From: Thermoanaerobaculia bacterium | GTDB lineage: Bacteria > Acidobacteriota > Thermoanaerobaculia > Multivoradales > UBA5704 | NCBI GenBank assembly: GCA_036399915.1 | Contig: DASWME010000127.1 | Location: 14,305-78,304, forward strand | Length of the DNA stretch: 64,000 bases | Direction of reading: 5' to 3' | Part shown: piece after piece, positions 58,520 through 64,000 of the stretch | Layout: every line of letters starts with the position of its first letter | Position numbering within the stretch: position 1 is the first letter of the stretch | The notes under the pieces: model-generated | The model's input: only the letters and a program-made list of their open reading frames with translations | What the model was told of the DNA's origin: nothing | Databases searched by the model: none | Translations under genes and position numbers: made by a program

Positions 58520-58781
58520 CGAGGAGTAGAGACCGGGGTAGAATTACTATGGTCCGTAGAATGAATGACATAGGTATCTTCCGTGACTGTTCGAGGAGGG
58601 ACTTTCAAGCCCCGTCGGTGAGCACGCCAGGGGAACCGTGGCAGATGGAGATGGAGGTTCAGATTAGCGGCACTCGGACCTATATGGCCCTCCGGCTACT
58701 GCTCTGAGGTCTTCCATATTGAGACCGCCTGCGACCCGTACTACACTGACCAGGAGTGTCGAGGAGGAGGACACACCCGAA

Positions 58782-59450
58782 ATGCCGACTGAACTTCGCA
58801 TCCCGGACAGCCAAAGGCCCGCATTCCAGGCGCTTCTGGGCTACGATGAGGCTATGCTTACCTCCCTCCAGGACGCTTTCGCCACTCTCCGCCCCACCAT
58901 TTTCATCCGCGACTCCGCCGCTCATGTCGCTGAAGCTACTGGTTTGGAAGAGACTGAGGTCGGGATCATTCTGCTGATGATCTCCAACTTGTTCGCGCTT
59001 CGCGAGCAGCCAGACATGGGCCGAGATCAACTCCTTGATCAATTGGCTGCCGCGATCAAGGCCGACAGCGAGTTCTCCTCTGCCGCTCCCAAGCTCGAAG
59101 CACTTGTGTCGTTTCTGCGGGCGGTTCTTTCACTTGACGACACGCTCGGAGTCACCTCAAAGGCATGGACCGTGGTGCGCGACTTCGAACGAACGTACTG
59201 CTTTTCGAGAATACTCACGGATATTCGGGCTGTCTTTCGCCCGAATTCAGACGACCCTGCTGCTGCTGTCATCGTCCATAATTTGAAACTGGCCTATCAC
59301 GAGGGCGATGAATTGTGTGAGTTCTTTGTTGGAATGACCTCAAGAGACCTAGAGAAGCTGAAAAAGGTAATTGAGCGTGCAGAGCGCAAAGAAGCCAGCC
59401 TAAGAGCGGGCTTAAAGAGTAGCCAACTTCCCATACTTGAGGTCGAATGA
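58782..59450 (+). CDS. Hypothetical protein (about 222 aa) in a lower-GC island.
   Basis: A GAGGAGGAGG ribosome-binding site lies upstream of ATG 58782. Balanced helical composition. ATGA overlap with the next gene. Confidence 0.5.
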   Translation: MPTELRIPDSQRPAFQALLGYDEAMLTSLQDAFATLRPTIFIRDSAAHVAEATGLEETEVGIILLMISNLFALREQPDMGRDQLLDQLAAAIKADSEFSSAAPKLEALVSFLRAVLSLDDTLGVTSKAWTVVRDFERTYCFSRILTDIRAVFRPNSDDPAAAVIVHNLKLAYHEGDELCEFFVGMTSRDLEKLKKVIERAERKEASLRAGLKSSQLPILEVE

Positions 59451-59785
59451 TGGGTGAGCCACTCCGAAACTGGAACTTGACGGAATCGTGCCACTGGGTT
59501 CGCCACACCATTCGTCCGATCGAATGGGCCAGACCTTCTAGGGTGCTCGCCCCGAGAGACTGGCGCCGGCTGGACCACGCTGCTGAGCCAGCCGATGCTC
59601 CGGATGACCTTGACGACTCAGCCCTTGCCAGTCTTCTAGAGTCGTTCAAGCGTCTTCTCGGGCAAATTGAGGCGACCGATGCCTTCCTGGATAGAGCCTT
59701 CGCACAGTTGGCACAAACCAGACGGCGACTCGACGCGCAACAGGAAGATATTGCCGCTCTCAAGCGGGAGCTTCGTCGTGCCTGA
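59447..59785 (+). CDS. Hypothetical protein (112 aa).
   Basis: Translationally coupled (ATGA) to the upstream gene. The C-terminal half is predicted coiled coil (LLESFKRLLGQIEATDAFLDRAFAQLAQTRRRLDAQQEDIAALKRELRRA). Confidence 0.45.
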   Translation: MMGEPLRNWNLTESCHWVRHTIRPIEWARPSRVLAPRDWRRLDHAAEPADAPDDLDDSALASLLESFKRLLGQIEATDAFLDRAFAQLAQTRRRLDAQQEDIAALKRELRRA

Positions 59786-60092
59786 CGATAAGATCGGTGC
59801 GATTCGACAGCTCCTTCAAGACCTAATTGCACCGGCGGTTGGCCGTATTGAAGAACGCGTCGGTAGCCTCGCCGGTGAATGTGTGAGGCTCGGCGGCGAC
59901 CTTGAGACCAACAGAGGTGAAATCAAGGAGCTCTGGCAAGCGCTCTCCGAAGATCGCGAGCGCATTGCGCGAGTCGAAGGTAGGTTCGACAGCGTCAAGG
60001 AAGAACTGGTTGCCAAAGTGCAACTAGAGTTGGCTCGGCGCTTGCCACCTCCCTCCGGCGCTACGGCCCTTCCAGACTCCAACGAACGTTAG
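59779..60092 (+). CDS. Hypothetical coiled-coil protein (about 104 aa, probable GTG start overlapping the upstream stop).
   Basis: Sequence VPDDKIGAIRQLLQDLIAPAVGRIEERVGSLAGECVRLGGDLETNRGEIKELWQALSEDRERIARVEGRFDSVKEELVAKVQLELARR. It forms an overlapping three-gene series with 58782 and 59447. Confidence 0.4.
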
Positions 60093-60312
60093 CGCGGCAC
60101 TTGGAAGGCTTTCACGAAGCTAGAGTATCCCTAGTAAGAAGCCCCCAAAAGGGATCCCTAATCTTGGGAGATCCCATAGCTGGAGAGAGGCTTATCTCCA
60201 GATTTCGGTTATCAGGAGAGTCGGGAGAGCCCGCGGAGCCAACACTGAGACCCCTTCCGCGCACCTCTCTCCCCGAAGCTCGGAGCCGCGGCCGGCGCGA
60301 CCTGTGCCTGTC

Positions 60313-60370
60313 TGGGGGAGAAGGGGAATCCACTATACTAGGCCCCATAAAATATTCGCGCGGCTCATTC
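60313..60370 (+). repeat. Left copy of a direct repeat: a 28-bp perfect core CCCATAAAATATTCGCGCGGCTCATTCG preceded by a GGGGAGAARGGG motif.
   Basis: The core at 60343..60370 is identical to 61843..61870, an exact 1500-bp offset. The upstream G-rich motif is also shared (60313..60325 and 61819..61831). Confidence 0.85.
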
Positions 60371-60464
60371 GGAGCCACCCTAATCTTGGATCGCATTCAA
60401 GGCTTCACCCCCCCTCCCCCCTCTCCAGCTCCGCTGGGGAGGGGGGCAAAGGCGGTAGGAGCCT

Positions 60465-61385
60465 TTAGAGCGGGCAGAGTCTTGAAGGGGTCGGGCAGGA
60501 GGTCTGCACCCCGTCGCACTCGACGTAGCAGCCGTCGACCGAGAAGCAGGTGCCGGCGCTCCCCGTGCAGGAGACCGATCCGCCGCCTTCGCAGCTCGCG
60601 ACGGCGCTGCAGAGGCACGTATCGGCCTGCGTCGGGGCGGGACAGGTGTCGCTACAGGTGAAGTAGAGCCCGCCGCAGATGTCGTTGCTGACGCAGTTGG
60701 GGTGGTTCTGGAAGTAGCACGGATAGTTGGCGACCAGCTCGGAGCAGACCGAGCAGCCGGTGCCGCGGCAGCCGGCCCACTGCCCCGGCGTGCCCTGACA
60801 CAGGTGACGCCACTGGCGCGAAGAGGTCTTGTCGTTCATGGAGCCCACCGACGAACAATTCGGCCGGCAGGTGAGCTTCGCGCCCACAAAGTTCTGATGT
60901 TCCCAGAGGATGTTCTTGGAGCAATCGGAAAAGCCCCGGGTGGAGCTCAGCCGGTCGTTCCACCCGGAGGGCATGTTGGCCGCGGAGTATCCGATATCCA
61001 CCGTGCAGGCGGTGTCGGCGGTCCAGGTCAAGGTAGACCCACCGAAGTTGATGTGCTCGTAGTCGATCGCCAGGACGAAACTCGCGGCCTTGGTCAGCTC
61101 GTCTTGCCGAGTCCGGAGCTCCTGCTCCAGGATGTCCAGTTGCTCGTCGAAAGACCTCTTCGGCAGGAGGACCCTCCCCTTCGTGGCGAAAAAGACCGCG
61201 TCCCGGAAGGTGGAGAAACACTTGGGTGGCTGGGCTTTAGGCTGAGTTGGATCGATGCCAAGCGGCAGGAGCTTGGCCACGCAGTGTCTGCCGGCCTCTC
61301 TCCCAGGCGGCGCTGCCGTGGCGGTAGAGACGAACGTGATCAGGCCGAGGACGAACAGGACGCTAGTCAGCCTACACTTGTTCAT
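60465..61385 (-). CDS. Secreted protein with a beta/gamma-crystallin-type double Greek-key domain (Streptomyces killer-toxin-like) and a Cys-rich C-terminal region.
   Basis: Signal peptide MNKCRLTSVLFVLGLITFVSTATAAP. Greek-key signatures YEHINFGG (Y-x4-F-x-G), WNDRLSS and WEHQNFVG. The C-terminal approximately 110 aa contain about 24 Cys (CSVCSEL..CYFQNHPNCVSNDICGGLYFTCSDTCP...). Confidence 0.65.
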   Translation of the reverse strand: MNKCRLTSVLFVLGLITFVSTATAAPPGREAGRHCVAKLLPLGIDPTQPKAQPPKCFSTFRDAVFFATKGRVLLPKRSFDEQLDILEQELRTRQDELTKAASFVLAIDYEHINFGGSTLTWTADTACTVDIGYSAANMPSGWNDRLSSTRGFSDCSKNILWEHQNFVGAKLTCRPNCSSVGSMNDKTSSRQWRHLCQGTPGQWAGCRGTGCSVCSELVANYPCYFQNHPNCVSNDICGGLYFTCSDTCPAPTQADTCLCSAVASCEGGGSVSCTGSAGTCFSVDGCYVECDGVQTSCPTPSRLCPL

Positions 61386-61818
61386 GGCAGTCTCCTTTGT
61401 CGAGTCCGCGTGCCGGCCGGCTTTCGCACCCTACACATACCAGATTTTGATATTTGTGTCGATAGGCAGCCTAGCGACTTTAATTTTTTCGAGGTGCGCG
61501 CGTACCAGGAAAGACCAGGGGGCGGGGGACCGCTCCTGGGCTTCCCGCTCCGGCCAGCTCCGCTTTCACCACCCGGCCCACCACGAGCGTCAGGTCGTCC
61601 TCGAAGGCGCCCGCGCGTTTGCTCGAGCTTCATGCCCTGATCTGGGGACTCCTCGCCGCGCTCTGATCCCGGCTCCTCGCAGGTCGGCAGCACTGGGGAG
61701 GCGCTTCTCTGCGGGATGGAGGGGTTCCCGCGCAGGGAGATGACAACGCCCTGCCAGGGAAAGGGCTCGCCCGGTCGGGGAAAGCCCCTCTCCCCACGGG
61801 GAAGGCCTCTTCCCCAGT

Positions 61819-61870
61819 GGGGGGAGAAAGGGAGCCACCAGGCCCATAAAATATTCGCGCGGCTCATTCG
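61819..61870 (+). repeat. Right copy of the direct repeat, immediately upstream of the ECF sigma start.
   Basis: Identical 28-bp core, which ends 13 nt before ATG 61884. Confidence 0.85.
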
Positions 61871-61883
61871 TCTACACTAGTAG

Positions 61884-62456
61884 ATGAACGAGACGCTCAC
61901 CATCGACGAGATGACCGAAGAGCAGGACCGGCGCATCTCCCAAGCGGTTGCCCGCGAGGGATCCCGCCTGCGGGCATTCATCCGCCGGCGCGTGGCCGAC
62001 GCGAGGGATGCCGAGGACATCCTGCAGGAGGTCTTCTACGAGCTCGTCGAGGCGGTCCGGCTGATGACGCCGATCGACCAGGTGGGCGCATGGTTGTTCC
62101 GCATCGCCCGCAATCGCATCACCGATCTCCTTCGCAAACGGGCGCCGGAAGCGCCGCGCGACGTCTCTGTCGAGGACGAAGCCTTCGCGCTCGGGGACCT
62201 TCTCCCCTCCCCCGACGGCGGGCCTGAGGCGGAGCTCGCGCGCGGCGTGCTGCTGGAGGAGCTCGCGGCCGCGCTCGACGAGCTGCCGGACGAGCAGCGC
62301 GAGGTCTTCATCGCCCACGAGCTGGAGGGGCGCAGCTTCAGAGAGCTCGCCGCGGAGACGGGATTGAGCATCAACACTCTGCTGTCGCGCAAGCACTACG
62401 CAGTCCTTCACCTGCGCCGGCGGCTGCGCGACATCTATGACGAATTCAAAGACTAG
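61884..62456 (+). CDS. ECF-type RNA polymerase sigma factor.
   Basis: Region 2 DAEDILQEVFYELVEAVRLMTPIDQVGAWLFRIARNRITDLLRKR. Region 4 REVFIAHELEGRSFRELAAETGLSINTLLSRKHYAVLHLRRRL. Confidence 0.9.
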   Translation: MNETLTIDEMTEEQDRRISQAVAREGSRLRAFIRRRVADARDAEDILQEVFYELVEAVRLMTPIDQVGAWLFRIARNRITDLLRKRAPEAPRDVSVEDEAFALGDLLPSPDGGPEAELARGVLLEELAAALDELPDEQREVFIAHELEGRSFRELAAETGLSINTLLSRKHYAVLHLRRRLRDIYDEFKD

Positions 62457-62467
62457 GAGCCAGTGCC

Positions 62468-62824
62468 ATGAAACGTAAACGGCCGTTGCGCGTATTGACA
62501 ATCGCGGTATTCGCACTCATGGGCATAGCAGTATTCGGGCTGTTGTTCGGGCTGGTGGTGATGAGCCTCTGGAACTGGCTGATGCCGGCGCTGTTCGGCG
62601 TGCGCTCGATCACGTTCTGGCAGGCCCTCGGGGTGCTGATCCTCAGCCGCATTCTCCTCGGCGGCTTCAGCGGCGGCCGCGGCCACCGGCACGACAGGCG
62701 CTGGCGGGCACGCCTGATCGACCGCTGGGAGCAGATGTCTCCCGAGGAACGGGCGAAGTTCCGCGAGCGGCTGCGTCACCGCTGGGGACGGTTCGAAGAG
62801 GAGGCGCCGGAGACGGAGATCTGA
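62468..62824 (+). CDS. Small membrane protein downstream of the ECF sigma (candidate anti-sigma or accessory factor).
   Basis: Two TM helices (LRVLTIAVFALMGIAVFGLLFGLVVMSL, ITFWQALGVLILSRILLGGF), then an Arg-rich cytoplasmic tail. It starts 9 nt after the sigma stop. Confidence 0.55.
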   Translation: MKRKRPLRVLTIAVFALMGIAVFGLLFGLVVMSLWNWLMPALFGVRSITFWQALGVLILSRILLGGFSGGRGHRHDRRWRARLIDRWEQMSPEERAKFRERLRHRWGRFEEEAPETEI

Positions 62825-62825
62825 C

Positions 62826-63074
62826 GGTACCCGGCGCCCACAATTCGTCCTGAACGAGGGGAAAGGTGCCCATGAAAGCGGCAACGAGCAACTCTTCGCC
62901 GCGACCGTGCCGGCGATCGTCGCCTGGAGAACCGTGCTGATCATCCTGCCCGTGGGCCTCGCCTTTGGCTGGCTCTATATACGCCGCGGCCTCGCGGCGG
63001 TGATCCTCTCCCATTTTGTGATCGACATCATCGTGCACGTCGTGCGGCCCATAGTCGAGCAGGGGCTCGCATGA
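62826..63074 (+). pseudogene. C-terminal remnant of a CPBP (CAAX-protease-like) intramembrane metalloprotease.
   Basis: Reads ...EQLFAATVPAIVAWRTVLIILPVGLAFGWLYIRRGLAAVILSHFVIDIIVHVVRPIVEQGLA* with the C-terminal HxxxD/N-type motif. The upstream motifs (EExxxR, FxxxH) are absent, and the frame runs into the preceding gene. Confidence 0.4.
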
Positions 63075-63156
63075 GGCGCAGGGTGGTCAAGGCTTGGCGA
63101 GACGGGCGGAACCTCACACAGGTCCTGTGTTACGCTGATCCTGTGGAGGAGACGAC

Positions 63157-63387
63157 GTGCGGAACTTGACCCTGGCGATCGAGGACGAGGTGCTCGAGGC
63201 GGCGCGCCGGTTGGCGCTCGAGCGGGGCACGACTGTCAACCAGCTCGTGCGCGACCATCTGGCAGACCTGGTGGCGCGAGAGGGCCGGCGCCGTGCCGCA
63301 GCCGAGCGCCTCAGGCGCGCAATGCGGGAGGAGTTGGTCGAGGTCGGCCCCCGCACTTGGACGCGCGAGGATCTATATGAACGATGA
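63157..63387 (+). CDS. Type II antitoxin (ribbon-helix-helix / VapB-like).
   Basis: 76 aa, MRNLTLAIEDEVLEAARRLALERGTTVNQLVRDHLADL. Its 3' end overlaps the PIN gene start. Confidence 0.75.
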   Translation: MRNLTLAIEDEVLEAARRLALERGTTVNQLVRDHLADLVAREGRRRAAAERLRRAMREELVEVGPRTWTREDLYER

Positions 63388-63831
63388 GGCTCCAGCCTTC
63401 GTCGACACCAACATCCTCGCCTACGCCTTCGACAGTACCGACCGCACCCGCCAGCGCTCCGCAGCACAACTGCTTTCCCACCTGATGGACGAGGACCGGT
63501 TGCGCCTGAGCACTCAGGTACTCCAAGAGTTCTCGTCACGATGACGCGAAAGGTCCGGCCCCGGTGGTCTCCAGACCGCGCCCTCGCGAAGCTCGATGAC
63601 TTCGCTGCCTGGCCGGTGATCGCTGCCGATCTCTCTCTCATCCGAGAGGCGGTCCTGCTATCGCGCGACGCCGTCCTCTCGTTCTGGGATGCCCTGATCG
63701 TGGTCACAGCCGTCCGCAGTGGCGCAGGCATCCTCTATACTGAAGATCTCAACGACGGTCAGGTCCTCCGCGGGGTGCGAGTCGTCAATCCCTTCAGCAC
63801 CGGGGCTTCTGGTTTGAGGGATCAGACCTAG
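63377..63831 (+). pseudogene. vapC: PIN-domain VapC toxin interrupted by a frameshift near 63535.
   Basis: N-terminal part MNDEAPAFVDTNILAYAFDSTDRTRQRSAAQLLSHLMDEDRLRLSTQVLQEFSSR* (ORF 63293..63544). The C-terminal part (ORF 63541..63831) TRKVRP...SFWDALIVVTAVRSGAGILYTEDLN is in the -1 frame. Together they give the PIN acidic residues (D..E..D..D). Confidence 0.7.
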
Positions 63832-64000
63832 ACCAGACCGCTCGCGGAGGCGAACCTACAGAGAGCTGGCGGAGCTGGCGACGGCTGGAGGCGTTGGAGC
63901 GAGCGGTGCCGTCTGCGCGTCGCGAGTGATGCTGCGCTGCGTGCAGCGGACGGCTTCGCCGGTCGCGGAGGCGCCCCGACCCGCCGCATGCCTGCCGAAT

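Noticed and set aside
61382-61867. ORFs 61255..61743(+) and 61382..61867(-) in the 450-bp region upstream of the killer-toxin-like gene.
   Set aside because: They are G/R/P-rich and span the palindromic elements and the direct repeat, so they are more likely non-coding promoter or repeat DNA.

Overview
This is a 64-kb high-GC (about 68-70%) bacterial chromosomal segment, gene-dense on both strands. Its content (an ECF sigma factor paired with a Ser/Thr kinase carrying TPR repeats, a TonB-receptor-type carboxypeptidase-regulatory domain, an M56 BlaR1-like peptidase fused to HEAT repeats, DUF1015-serA-serC) resembles Acidobacteriota or related soil phyla; that lineage guess is an inference. Housekeeping genes (serA, serC, gpmA, otsA, otsB, tam, an IHF/HU-like protein, YebC) alternate with accessory blocks. 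Working from low to high coordinates: (1) three secreted proteins of unknown function lie divergent from the ECF-sigma/kinase pair, and one of them has a caspase-like His..Cys spacing. (2) A tRNA-Pro(GGG) sits next to a lower-GC DinB-family gene. (3) A five-gene glycosylation module is made of GT4, an ArnC-like GT2, GT-C, an SGNH hydrolase and a second GT-C. (4) A lower-GC block carries a secreted protein built of four 62-aa two-cysteine repeats, divergent from a trypsin-fold S1 protease that has no signal peptide. (5) An array of about 440 bp holds roughly ten 44-bp palindromic hairpin units, and related GC-rich palindromes are scattered elsewhere. (6) An AT-rich island of about 1.7 kb carrying a Fic/DOC gene is bracketed by about 105-bp direct repeats copied from the 3' end of a degraded methyltransferase-like gene. 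(7) A BlaI / BlaR1-HEAT / serine-hydrolase module is present. (8) A secreted M36 fungalysin-type metalloprotease is followed by two paralogous small eight-cysteine secreted proteins that bracket SEC-C and BON genes, and an NtrC-type two-component operon with a LEA_2 lipoprotein follows. (9) An MrfA-like DUF1998 helicase runs in frame into a DnaQ-like exonuclease through a palindrome-containing linker. (10) A 63-aa Cys-rich secreted peptide lies beside a PH/SHOCT membrane protein. (11) After otsAB comes a 21-bp iteron-like repeat array, then a low-GC block of unknown small proteins, then a secreted beta/gamma-crystallin (killer-toxin-like) Cys-rich protein bracketed by perfect 28-bp direct repeats exactly 1500 bp apart, then a second ECF sigma, a CPBP-protease remnant and a frameshifted vapBC. 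No CRISPR array, rRNA or intact transposase was recognised. Many long antisense ORFs in the track are GC artefacts and are not called. Coordinates of internal starts were derived by codon arithmetic from the ORF track and may be off by a few nucleotides.
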